Virus record (IMG/VR): IMGVR_UViG_3300031949_000001
Location: 64,001-128,000 of that record
DNA: 64,000 nucleotides
Source of the DNA: a virus
Lineage: Duplodnaviria; Heunggongvirae; Uroviricota; Caudoviricetes
Strand: one strand, 5' to 3'
Part shown: one piece after another, positions 24,886 through 33,728 of the stretch
How positions within the stretch are numbered: position 1 is the stretch's first letter
Layout: every line of letters starts with the position of its first letter
Position numbers and translations under genes: made by a program
The notes under the pieces: generated by a model
What the model was told of the DNA's origin: nothing
What the model saw: the letters and a program-made list of their open reading frames with translations, nothing else
Database searches by the model: none

Positions 24886-25215
24886 ATGGACAACATTCTA
24901 AACATTACCGACAATTGTCTCATAAAAGTAAAGGAGCTTCTAGCTGAAGAAGGTGCTGATTTGAAGCTTAGGGTGTTTGTCCAAGGTGGAGGTTGCTCAG
25001 GTTTTACCTACGGATTTACTTTTGAAGAAATGGAAACAGATGAAGATACTGTAGTTTCTAAAGATGGTGTTGATTTTTTAGTTGATATGATGAGTTATCA
25101 ATACCTCGCAGGCGCCGAAATTGATTATGTCGAGGATACTGCTGGGGCGCAATTCGTGATTAAAAATCCAAATTCGACTGGAAATTGCGGATGTGGTTCA
25201 TCTTTTAGCGTGTAA
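24886..25215 (+). CDS. erpA: A-type Fe-S cluster carrier, ErpA-like
   Basis: [35 protein letters not shown]....CGCGSSF. Confidence 0.92.
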   Translation: MDNILNITDNCLIKVKELLAEEGADLKLRVFVQGGGCSGFTYGFTFEEMETDEDTVVSKDGVDFLVDMMSYQYLAGAEIDYVEDTAGAQFVIKNPNSTGNCGCGSSFSV

Positions 25216-25216
25216 T

Positions 25217-25543
25217 ATGTTTATCGAGTTTACCTCGGCTCTTAAAGAGCATCTAAAAAAAGTTTATCCAGAAGTAAATGAGTTTCTGCTTACTATCAAA
25301 AAAGTCGGATGTAATGGCTTTGCATACGATCTAAAGCCGTTGGAACCAGTTGAAGGTAAGTGTGATTTCGTTTGGATTAGTGAATGTGATAATATGTGGG
25401 CGATGATTCCCGAGGAACACACACCAATTTTCGACGGAGCGAAATTTGATTTCGTACGTGAAGGCTTAAACTACAAAATGAAAGTCTCGAATCCAAACGA
25501 AAAAGGGCGCTGCGGTTGCGGTGAATCTTTTAATTTAGTCTAA
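25217..25543 (+). CDS. A-type Fe-S cluster carrier, IscA/SufA-like
   Basis: GCNGFAY, DFVREGLN, NPNEKGRCGCGESF. Confidence 0.9.
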   Translation: MFIEFTSALKEHLKKVYPEVNEFLLTIKKVGCNGFAYDLKPLEPVEGKCDFVWISECDNMWAMIPEEHTPIFDGAKFDFVREGLNYKMKVSNPNEKGRCGCGESFNLV

Positions 25544-26239
25544 ACACCAATCAATTGGATCAAGTCCATTAGCAGTAAGATACTCGTTAGTTTTAGAAAA
25601 CGGCTTGCTTCCAAAGAATCCACCATGCGCAGACAATGGAGATGGATGAGAAGACATTAGAATTAGATGCTTTGAATCGTCAACGAATCGTGCCTTTAAT
25701 GAAGCCGATTTGCCCCATAAAATGAATACGACGTTTTTTCGAAATTCACTGATTGTTGTGATTATTTCATTGGTTAGTATTTCCCAACCTTTTCCCGCGT
25801 GTGCCCCTCTATTTTTTGCTTCGACCGTCAGAACTGTGTTCAGTAATAACACACCTTGATCAGCCCAATGTTCGAGGTTACCTGTTTTTGGGTAGGAAAC
25901 ACCCGTATCGGATACAAGCTCCTTGAAGATGTTTACCAAGGTTGCTGGAAGCTCTGTAACATCCTCAGGAACACTAAAAGCAAGTCCGTGAGCGTGTTTT
26001 GGATTTGGGTATGGGTCTTGACCTAAGATTACCACCTTAACGCATTCTAGAGGCGTTAAAGCGAGCGCCCGAAGAACACTCGTGAATTCAGGTATAATGA
26101 TCTTGCCCTGTTGTTTCTCTTGTTTGAGAAACGTTACAATGTTTGAAAATTGGGGACTTCTGAAAAATTCAAGATAGTCCCAAGAACTAACATCATTATC
26201 CATATACTTTTGGATCGTTTTGCGCCATGTATTTGACAA
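25535..26239 (-). CDS. ung: uracil-DNA glycosylase (family 1)
   Basis: VVILGQDPYP, AHGLAFSV, QGVLLLNTVLTV, HPSPLSA. Confidence 0.96.
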   Translation of the reverse strand: MSNTWRKTIQKYMDNDVSSWDYLEFFRSPQFSNIVTFLKQEKQQGKIIIPEFTSVLRALALTPLECVKVVILGQDPYPNPKHAHGLAFSVPEDVTELPATLVNIFKELVSDTGVSYPKTGNLEHWADQGVLLLNTVLTVEAKNRGAHAGKGWEILTNEIITTISEFRKNVVFILWGKSASLKARFVDDSKHLILMSSHPSPLSAHGGFFGSKPFSKTNEYLTANGLDPIDWCLD

Positions 26240-26792
26240 AGTTTCCTATGTCTTGCACACGGTCGTCTAGATCCATCTTGTTAACATAGTGAAGACGGTT
26301 TTTAGGTGTCATTTCTTTAACGTAGTGATCCATTACTAAATCAACCATCTTACCATAGTGTTGATTGATTCCTCGAACTCCATCATCGCGGATTGGAAAG
26401 AAGCCGCCAGGAATATAGATCACGGCTGTATAATATCGCTGGTACTCTCTGCATCGGTCGTAGTACTTATTGAGCCATTCATCGTATTCGTTGTTCTTGC
26501 CGAAGTTTACGAGAGTGTATGCGAACACATCTGTATAGCTTCGTTCGATGAACCAAACTCGATCTTTGTCGGTGATAGCTTCCATCTCATCTTCGTGTTT
26601 ACGTTTGATGACTGCTTCTTGGAACTTGAGAGACAAGTTGAAATCGTTATTCACATCATGAAGTGTGAGACCCCATTCACCTAAAATGGAACGGGCAGTC
26701 TTACGTGTTATGATTGGGAAACCTAGATTTTGGTAGTACTCGACAAGCGTGCTCTTGCCGCCGCCCTGGGGACCAGTGAGTGATACTAGCAT
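26196..26792 (-). CDS. P-loop nucleotide kinase (AAA_28 / dNMP kinase-like)
   Basis: GPQGGGKST, ERS..D, DDGVR; start moved to MLVSLTG after AAGGAG. Confidence 0.75.
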   Translation of the reverse strand: MLVSLTGPQGGGKSTLVEYYQNLGFPIITRKTARSILGEWGLTLHDVNNDFNLSLKFQEAVIKRKHEDEMEAITDKDRVWFIERSYTDVFAYTLVNFGKNNEYDEWLNKYYDRCREYQRYYTAVIYIPGGFFPIRDDGVRGINQHYGKMVDLVMDHYVKEMTPKNRLHYVNKMDLDDRVQDIGNFVKYMAQNDPKVYG

Positions 26793-26823
26793 GAGGATTT
26801 TCTCCTTCTTATTGTGTCTTATG

Positions 26824-26852
26824 AGTATAGCGAGAAAACGACTAAGAGTCAA
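26824..26852 (-). promoter_or_regulatory. sigma70-like promoter
   Basis: TTGACT-17-TATACT on the minus strand. Confidence 0.7.
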
Positions 26853-26854
26853 TA

Positions 26855-27106
26855 TTAAACTGTGGCTTCTGCTAGTTCTTCTACTTTAGGTTTCTGTGCA
26901 TCTCTTTCTTTTTGTTCCAACTGTTCGGCGAACCCGAGGAGCAATTCGATTCTCTTGTTGTTTCGAACCATTTTCTTGTAGAAATAATCAACCTTTGTTC
27001 TTGTTTTGGCTGTTTTAATATTTTCGTGAAAAGCTAATGTCTTATTTGTTAGAACTCCGATTTCGTGGAACACAATTTCGGATGGCTTCTTTTTAGGATT
27101 TTCCAT
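26855..27106 (-). CDS. hypothetical protein
   Basis: GGAG RBS, overlaps upstream gene. Confidence 0.65.
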   Translation of the reverse strand: MENPKKKPSEIVFHEIGVLTNKTLAFHENIKTAKTRTKVDYFYKKMVRNNKRIELLLGFAEQLEQKERDAQKPKVEELAEATV

Positions 27107-27449
27107 CGGTTTCTCCAGATTGTCTCTTTCTTATATCTATCTCTGATTCTTCTTTGATTTTTCTTCTAATCATTTTGCGTAATAGAGTCATACCAGCAGC
27201 CATTTGCTCTGCTATGTCCGGTCGCGCCATGCCTAAAATTGTATAATATCGACTTTCCAGAATTGTATATTGGTCATGTAGATCAGCAGAAGACATGTCC
27301 TTCCAAGCTAATTTATTGACTTGGGGAATTGGTTGACGAGAAATTGGGGTAACAGCATCTACAGATAGGTCTATAGGAGCCATTTCTGGTATCTCAGATT
27401 CATCATAGATTTTTTCGGTGAATCTAGGTAAAAACTCAGGATTTTTCAT
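27093..27449 (-). CDS. hypothetical protein
   Basis: 118-aa ORF. Confidence 0.65.
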   Translation of the reverse strand: MKNPEFLPRFTEKIYDESEIPEMAPIDLSVDAVTPISRQPIPQVNKLAWKDMSSADLHDQYTILESRYYTILGMARPDIAEQMAAGMTLLRKMIRRKIKEESEIDIRKRQSGETDGKS

Positions 27450-27480
27450 TGCTACTCTCTATTTGAGAGGTATATATGGA

Positions 27481-28185
27481 TTAATTAGGTAACCCTACGA
27501 TGTGCATCATTTGTACATCTCCAATTGTCCAAAGGTCGTATTGTTGTGACCCATCTTGAGATTGCATTCTCTCAATCGGAATGTCCGTAGCGGCTAGAAT
27601 TTGTTGGCGAACTTTAGAATCATCACGAATGTCTTTTTGAATTTTGTATACCCAAAGTTCATTGTACGTGCCGTCTTCTTCCTTGCGTTTGAACACAAGA
27701 TGCGCTCCTGAAACCTTTCTGATTAGACCTTGACGATTTGGATCTTCTCCGGGTTGTTCTGGATCATCTTCACCATCTCCAAGTCTAACTGGGGTATCAC
27801 TCATGGTAGGCTTAGGATTATCGGCTTGCTTCTCACGCTCCGGGTCTTGTTCAGCATGATTGTTTGATGCTGCGGAGTCACCACGGTCTTCCTGGTAGCT
27901 CCTATCACGAGGATTAGAGTCACCTGGAACGGCATTTTGCATGTTTGGTTCTTCGTTTTTTGGATTTGGACGAAAACGGTTGACCCCTTTCTTACGAGGA
28001 GTTTCTTCACCTTCTCCACCCATACCTAAGCCCAAACTAGCACTCATGTTGTCAGCGTCGGCATTTGGAGTTGGTCCATTCTTGGGACCATATTCACTAT
28101 CTGGATATGGAGTTTGGAATTGACGAAGTTTCGTCAGCGTAGCACGCTGCTTGTTACCCCTTAGATAGTCCTTTAATGAAATCAT
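27481..28185 (-). CDS. hypothetical, likely virion protein
   Basis: late motif upstream; disordered middle, ordered C-terminus DPNRQGLIR.V.GAHLVFKR. Confidence 0.7.
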   Translation of the reverse strand: MISLKDYLRGNKQRATLTKLRQFQTPYPDSEYGPKNGPTPNADADNMSASLGLGMGGEGEETPRKKGVNRFRPNPKNEEPNMQNAVPGDSNPRDRSYQEDRGDSAASNNHAEQDPEREKQADNPKPTMSDTPVRLGDGEDDPEQPGEDPNRQGLIRKVSGAHLVFKRKEEDGTYNELWVYKIQKDIRDDSKVRQQILAATDIPIERMQSQDGSQQYDLWTIGDVQMMHIVGLPN

Positions 28186-28204
28186 ACATAATCCCTTGTT
28201 TAAT

Positions 28205-28231
28205 ATTATTTATCGGCGCGGGATAAATAAT
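28205..28231. promoter_or_regulatory. back-to-back late-type promoter motifs forming an inverted repeat
   Basis: ATTATTTATC-GGCGCGG-GATAAATAAT between divergent genes. Confidence 0.65.
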
Positions 28232-28254
28232 TACACCAAATCTAGGATGAACCC

Positions 28255-28710
28255 ATGGAGATAACAACAGAACAAGTCGTTAAAAGGTCTTTTCCTTTTA
28301 TAATACAGAATCACCCGATAGAATATACCGGATATCCTTTTCTTTCAGTAATTCAATACAAGAACCAACATATCATATCTATCATTGACAACATCAACAA
28401 GAAGACTGTCAAAGCCTTTGTGTTAGATTTGTGTGCGCCTGAGGGTGTGGATGAAGAGCTTGTAATCAATATCGCTGGTTATTGGTATGAATTCGAAAGG
28501 AATCGTTATCCTCTTTCAATTGAATTTTCTAAGCGTGGTATGGCTGGTATTACTGCCAAGATTTTGAAAACCTATACCATCGATTCTATTTCTAGGATCA
28601 TGGGACCATTATACGTTTACCCAACAGAAAATAACATAAAAATCAAAAGACGCAAGCGACGTGAGATATCTCCAACTGTGGAAATTAAACGGTTAATAGC
28701 AATTAAATAA
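28255..28710 (+). CDS. conserved phage hypothetical protein
   Basis: 151 aa; YPFLS, basic C-terminus KIKRRKRR. Confidence 0.75.
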   Translation: MEITTEQVVKRSFPFIIQNHPIEYTGYPFLSVIQYKNQHIISIIDNINKKTVKAFVLDLCAPEGVDEELVINIAGYWYEFERNRYPLSIEFSKRGMAGITAKILKTYTIDSISRIMGPLYVYPTENNIKIKRRKRREISPTVEIKRLIAIK

Positions 28711-29191
28711 TTTTGAGATAGTCTTTGAAAGAGAACTTGGCACTTTCGTTTTGGAATGGAATGTTAAGACCGCTTGGAGAAGGTGCCGGTGAAGCAGCAG
28801 AACCTTGTCCACCGTTTCCTTGGGAAAGAGCCGCTGGTGGTGTAGTAACCACAGAAGGAGCTACTGTCGATTGAGCGCCAGTCTCGCTTGTGCCATACGC
28901 TAAGTCTTTACCAAACTCAGTAAGCTGATTGTTCTCGTCTGTAACACCATCTTCTTGCATAGCGCCAGCGCCAGCGTCTGTAACACGCACTCGATCTGTT
29001 TGTGGATCACGTTCCACGTATTGAATTCGTTCAAGGGTGTCCAAAGCATCAACCAACTTTTCATCATTCAAAGCCAATTTTTTAAACCCATCCATATTTG
29101 GATCGGGTGAGGCGGTAATCTTCGCCAGGATGCGCTTTTGGTTGGTTGTAAGATTGATATCTTGACCAATTTGAATTTCAAACAATCTCAT
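28703..29191 (-). CDS. hypothetical, likely virion protein
   Basis: exact TATAAATA at 29213-29220, GAGG RBS. Confidence 0.7.
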   Translation of the reverse strand: MRLFEIQIGQDINLTTNQKRILAKITASPDPNMDGFKKLALNDEKLVDALDTLERIQYVERDPQTDRVRVTDAGAGAMQEDGVTDENNQLTEFGKDLAYGTSETGAQSTVAPSVVTTPPAALSQGNGGQGSAASPAPSPSGLNIPFQNESAKFSFKDYLKII

Positions 29192-29215
29192 AAAAGTTCC
29201 TCTAGAGACAAGTAT

Positions 29216-29785
29216 TTATAATAATCCAGCCTTCACGAGATGAAGTTGAAGAACTATAGTTGCGGAATAAGCGACTGCGTGAGGCTTTTTGAAAAAATAT
29301 TTATCGGTTTTTCTATATATTTCTTTTCTGATTGTGTCTTTATCTTTGATATAAGCATTGAGTAAATAGCGCTTACCCGGTCGAATTAAAGCAATACAAT
29401 CTGCCAATTCTATAATTGACCTCGGACGAATGGCATCAACTACATCAAAATGGTTCTTGATTTGGTCTAATTTCTTGACGACCCCAGGACTTTGGAGAAG
29501 ATTCCAGTCTGGTTCAATCCGGAGTAACGCGCGCATCTCTTCCTTGGATTCAAAAGAATCCAATGCGCTTAGATGTAAAAAATCAACCTTGAAGAATCCT
29601 TCTTTTTCTGCTTCTTTGAACGGAATAGCCGCCAATCCAGTTTCTTGGTCTTTGGCTATGTTCTGAAAGTACACACCAACTGGGTGTTTTATTAGTTCAC
29701 CATTTTCGACCTTTGAGGCTAAAATGATAGTCGGAAAAATATCTTTTGGGTTAAAGTTTATTTTTGTATCGAGGTCAATATCCAT
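29216..29785 (-). CDS. DNA polymerase III alpha (DnaE)-like fragment, catalytic palm part
   Basis: MDIDLD, KHPVGVY, FFKVDFL, P.SI.ELADCIALIRPG, YFFKKPHAVAYS. Confidence 0.85.
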   Translation of the reverse strand: MDIDLDTKINFNPKDIFPTIILASKVENGELIKHPVGVYFQNIAKDQETGLAAIPFKEAEKEGFFKVDFLHLSALDSFESKEEMRALLRIEPDWNLLQSPGVVKKLDQIKNHFDVVDAIRPRSIIELADCIALIRPGKRYLLNAYIKDKDTIRKEIYRKTDKYFFKKPHAVAYSATIVLQLHLVKAGLL

Positions 29786-29791
29786 CTATGT

Positions 29792-29820
29792 AATATAGCC
29801 GATAGACTGAAAAAAGTCAA
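29792..29820 (-). promoter_or_regulatory. sigma70-like promoter, predicts a leaderless mRNA for the DnaE fragment
   Basis: TTGACT-17-TATATT, then 6 nt to ATG, no RBS. Confidence 0.55.
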
Positions 29821-30161
29821 TTTGGGGTGATGCGTGATACGCAATCGGTTAGGTAATCTGTTTGCTCTTCATCGATAGAGCGTTTTGAATGGTATACTTT
29901 CTCTAACAAAGAAAAGAATGCTTCATCATCTGCTGGATCTAACACGAAAGCCTTTTCTGGTTTAACTATACGAATAGCATCCATGTGGTTTCTAATTGCT
30001 TCTTCGATTTGTTCATAAGGTATATTTTGATCTCTTGCTCCAATCGTGGTGGTAATCCACTCAGTTACATCGAGACATTGATTAAATGTAAACGTGTGTG
30101 ATAAAACAGAATTAGAATAAAAGATTCCTATTAGCGCAGCAATTTTAACAAAATTACGCAT
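29817..30161 (-). CDS. small exported two-Cys protein
   Basis: signal peptide; NQC..ARD..VY..C pattern like 6665/7006. Confidence 0.65.
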   Translation of the reverse strand: MRNFVKIAALIGIFYSNSVLSHTFTFNQCLDVTEWITTTIGARDQNIPYEQIEEAIRNHMDAIRIVKPEKAFVLDPADDEAFFSLLEKVYHSKRSIDEEQTDYLTDCVSRITPN

Positions 30162-30568
30162 TACTCGCTGTTCTCAAACAATTCTACGTATACGATCCAT
30201 GTTACGGTATCGCCTGTATTGCCTTTAACTTCAATCTTCAATGAACCGTTTGTGGTATCTGCTGTTATTTGAATATCCCAAGCAGCATCGTCTTCTTTTG
30301 TTAAAATAGTGAGAGTTGTTGTATCAACGATAGCTGTTGAACCGTTTGTTGTTACGCGTTTGATGCCTCCGACGACAATGTACGTAGCGGCATCTACGAG
30401 AGGAGTTGTACGACCGACGAATGTGGCTTTGAATCCCCATACAACATTATCACCTAGAGTTAAACGAGAATCCATTACACCTTCTAGAAACAGTTCATGA
30501 AATGCATTGTCTGTCGTTGTTCCTGTAAAACGATTCGTAAGTTGATCGGCGCCAATTTTATTTCTCAT
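30161..30568 (-). CDS. stand-alone copy of a tail-fibre C-terminal domain
   Basis: aligns by eye with the C-terminus of 35336-37582 (TT.N...ELF.DG, ADTTNG.L...V.G..G.T..W); exact TATAAATA upstream. Confidence 0.75.
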   Translation of the reverse strand: MRNKIGADQLTNRFTGTTTDNAFHELFLEGVMDSRLTLGDNVVWGFKATFVGRTTPLVDAATYIVVGGIKRVTTNGSTAIVDTTTLTILTKEDDAAWDIQITADTTNGSLKIEVKGNTGDTVTWIVYVELFENSE

Positions 30569-30592
30569 GGTATGTCCTCAATGATCTGATAT

Positions 30593-31162
30593 TTATATTT
30601 TTGGTTTATTTACTCGGAGAACAAATCGTATCTCCTGACAGACCCCAGGAATGGATTTCATTTTGATTTCTGCTGTCTTATCGCTCCAACCTTCGATCAC
30701 TGATATTTGTGCCCAATAAGGGTCTGGAATATAATTCAACTCTTCCATTTTGAAGTCTACGTCAATCATCAGTCCAAGTTTGCTTTCTGAACCTTTGTTT
30801 TTGAGATCATTGAGGTTTCTATCTTTGTCGAACATAGCGAGACCTACTGGTGTGACTATTCGGCAATGTGTTGGGTCGTGTGCAAAGTTTTCATGCATCC
30901 AGTGAGGGACATTGATAAAAAGTTTGGCATCGTGTTTACAAATTCGGTATAGTTCTTTTATGATTTGAAGATAGGTCTTGCTATCGTTTCCGAGATGTTC
31001 CAAGACATGATCCATATAGATCTCGCTGATAGAGTTATTTTCCCACGGATAAGGAAATTTTTCTAGATCATGGAGCACGTCTGGATTACACATGGGAAAA
31101 TTGTCCACATTAGTGCAATTGTGCTTGTGGTTGAAGCCACACCCAAGGTTAAGTTTTTCCAT
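30593..31162 (-). CDS. class I SAM-dependent methyltransferase
   Basis: KLNLGCG, NVD, HVLEHL, ELYRICK, DPTH. Confidence 0.85.
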   Translation of the reverse strand: MEKLNLGCGFNHKHNCTNVDNFPMCNPDVLHDLEKFPYPWENNSISEIYMDHVLEHLGNDSKTYLQIIKELYRICKHDAKLFINVPHWMHENFAHDPTHCRIVTPVGLAMFDKDRNLNDLKNKGSESKLGLMIDVDFKMEELNYIPDPYWAQISVIEGWSDKTAEIKMKSIPGVCQEIRFVLRVNKPKI

Positions 31163-32522
31163 TTTTGATGTCCTGTTCGATCCAGTTATAGCAATTTTGA
31201 ATTGCCTCGTCCCAATTATCGAAGCTGGTTTGTCTGAATATTCTTATGGTGGGATACCAGATCGATGTATCTTTTAGTTCTGCCCAAGGAAAGTATGGCA
31301 CGAACGGGGCTATTAGGCAAACCTTCTTACCCATTGCAGCAGCGGCATGTGTTATAGATGTACAACTTGTGACGATGTAATCCATGTTTGCCATATATCC
31401 AAGAGTGTCTTCCCATGTCTGTAAGTCGTCTCTTAAATCAACTAATGGATCACCGATGCGAAGATCATCGAAATCACCATCGCGTTGTAGAGAATAGAGC
31501 TTACCGAGAGTTGCGAATTTCAATAGTTTACGTGCTGGGATGGTTCTAAATTGTTCATGTTCAAACATTGGATTACCCGACCAACGAATACCAATCTTGA
31601 GAATTGGCTCATCTATGTTCCGTCTTTTTTCCAATATCTTTTCAGGTAATGGCTCGATATACGTCATATTCGAGACAATGGGATCATTCAGTTTTAAAAG
31701 ATTGACACTGTTCATGCTTGGGAGGTAATAGTCGTAATCCCATTTTTTGACTTCTTCGATGGTACCGACGCGATCAACAAATGGAAGTCGTGAAAAGACC
31801 GACACTAGATGAGGGCTACATCCTACGTTAACAATAGCACCCCTTTCTTTTAACATCTGTGCAAAACGAACGAAAATGATTTCATCACCCTGACCACCTT
31901 CGCACGCAAAAAAGATGGTTTTTCCCTTTATGACCGTGGTGGTTTTCATTCTTTTGTATCGTGGTAAATCAAATAAATGTTCAGATCCCCAAGCACGTTC
32001 TTTATTCCCATGTGCGAGATATTCAAATCCCTTTAAAAATTCACCACATCGTAATGTATGCCATCCTAAATTGAAGAGAGTTATATTACTATCCTGATCG
32101 AGTGTTTTTAACAACTCATGGGCTTCATCCATTCTACCAGCGTGATCTAAAAGAACAACCAATGTTAGACCTAAATCAGTTTCAGCTACTGGGTCTTCTA
32201 TGTCCTTCCAAAGATTTTCGGCAATCTCAAGTGCCTCAGGTATTCGACGCAAATAGTACAAGACCAATGCGTAATTTTTTTGAAGTTCTGGAGGGAAAAA
32301 ACCGAGTTTATCTCGTATATTTTCGACAAAGAGTGCTGATTGTTTATATTCATGGAGATGATAATACGAACCTGCTACCATATTAGCGAGTTCAACATTT
32401 GTTGGTTGAGATAGAAGAGCCAAAATGCCGAGTTCTTTCGCTGCTCGAAATTGTCCGTTATCGAATAGGTATTTTACTGGTTCAACAGGAATGACGACTG
32501 ATTTTTGGTCTGGTGTTGGCAT
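31149..32522 (-). CDS. TPR-containing GT-B glycosyltransferase (GT9-like)
   Basis: TPR-like helices, EGGQGDEIIFVRF, IGIRWSGNP, DYIVTSCTSITHAAAAMGK, WYPTIRIFRQ. Confidence 0.85.
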   Translation of the reverse strand: MPTPDQKSVVIPVEPVKYLFDNGQFRAAKELGILALLSQPTNVELANMVAGSYYHLHEYKQSALFVENIRDKLGFFPPELQKNYALVLYYLRRIPEALEIAENLWKDIEDPVAETDLGLTLVVLLDHAGRMDEAHELLKTLDQDSNITLFNLGWHTLRCGEFLKGFEYLAHGNKERAWGSEHLFDLPRYKRMKTTTVIKGKTIFFACEGGQGDEIIFVRFAQMLKERGAIVNVGCSPHLVSVFSRLPFVDRVGTIEEVKKWDYDYYLPSMNSVNLLKLNDPIVSNMTYIEPLPEKILEKRRNIDEPILKIGIRWSGNPMFEHEQFRTIPARKLLKFATLGKLYSLQRDGDFDDLRIGDPLVDLRDDLQTWEDTLGYMANMDYIVTSCTSITHAAAAMGKKVCLIAPFVPYFPWAELKDTSIWYPTIRIFRQTSFDNWDEAIQNCYNWIEQDIKNGKT

Positions 32523-32573
32523 ATGGTGTTATGATTAGATTATCACAACGTATTTATGCCGTTTTTAGCAACG

Positions 32574-33713
32574 TTATTTCTTACCAAGAACAACGACATT
32601 ACTACTCGAAATTGCTTGCCATGTCCCTGTAGGTATCAATATTGGCGAAGAAACCGCAGAAGCTGTTGTGCCTTGAGATAATTGAGCACCGGTATTATCA
32701 CCCCATCCCCAAAGGGTGTTATCGGATTTAATACCAAAGGTAGAAGTTACCCCACATGATACAAAAATCCATATTCCAGCAACTTGAGTTGGTGATGAAC
32801 GATTGACTATGTCACCAAGTCCAAGTTGTCCACTAGTGTTAGTTCCCCACATCCAAAGACTACCATCTAGTTTAATTGCTGCGCCGTGTCCACCAAATGA
32901 AATTTGTGCCCACGTTCCTGTAAGTTGAACCGGCACACTGAGCACCGCCGCCGTGCTGGTTCCATCACCCCTTGATCCGTTCTCACCACGTCCAAATGCC
33001 CACATCGTATTGTCATTTTTAAGAAGAATGAACGTGCCGACGTTGTTCGTGCCAGCCGGTTCACCACCTTCAATTCGTTTCCAACCAGTAGCGCTTAGAA
33101 ATAATATAGGCGATGAGACTAGTCCAAAAGGAGTATTTCCAACTCCCCATACCTGACCATCTGCTCTGATCATCATTGCTTGTAAGTTACCAGAACCTGT
33201 GACAACAAATTCTTTTGTCCATGCTCCTGATATTTGAACAGGAGATGATCTTGGAGTTGTGCTACCTTGTCCCAAAACTCCACTACCACCAGCACCCCAT
33301 GCCCAAAGTGTGTTATTTGACTTTAAAGCATAGGTTACGCCTGTTGTAGAATTTTCAGTCAGGGTTCTAACGCGCAACCATGATCCAGTCACTTGTACAG
33401 GAGATGACCTAATAACAACGTCACCAACTCCAAGTTGTCCAACGATATTGTTACCCCACATCCATAATGTATTATCTGATTTGATCCCCCCACCAAAGCC
33501 AGAGCCTGCGGATACTTGGTTCCACTCACCAGCAATTAAGTTTGGTGATGAAAAAAGTGTTCCTGATGAACTTCCAATACCAAGAGCACCGGAAGTATTA
33601 TTTCCCCATGAATATAATCCTGTGTTTATGAACAACGGATCATATATAGGAGCCGTACCGTCAAGTAGTGCGTTTTCTATATCTTCGATGAATATTGGCC
33701 TTTGTAGAGACAT
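32574..33713 (-). CDS. RCC1-repeat beta-propeller, likely virion/tail associated
   Basis: repeated IKSDNTLWxWGxNxxGQLG..RSSPVQV.G.W. Confidence 0.9.
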   Translation of the reverse strand: MSLQRPIFIEDIENALLDGTAPIYDPLFINTGLYSWGNNTSGALGIGSSSGTLFSSPNLIAGEWNQVSAGSGFGGGIKSDNTLWMWGNNIVGQLGVGDVVIRSSPVQVTGSWLRVRTLTENSTTGVTYALKSNNTLWAWGAGGSGVLGQGSTTPRSSPVQISGAWTKEFVVTGSGNLQAMMIRADGQVWGVGNTPFGLVSSPILFLSATGWKRIEGGEPAGTNNVGTFILLKNDNTMWAFGRGENGSRGDGTSTAAVLSVPVQLTGTWAQISFGGHGAAIKLDGSLWMWGTNTSGQLGLGDIVNRSSPTQVAGIWIFVSCGVTSTFGIKSDNTLWGWGDNTGAQLSQGTTASAVSSPILIPTGTWQAISSSNVVVLGKK

Positions 33714-33728
33714 TTTAGTTACCTTTCT

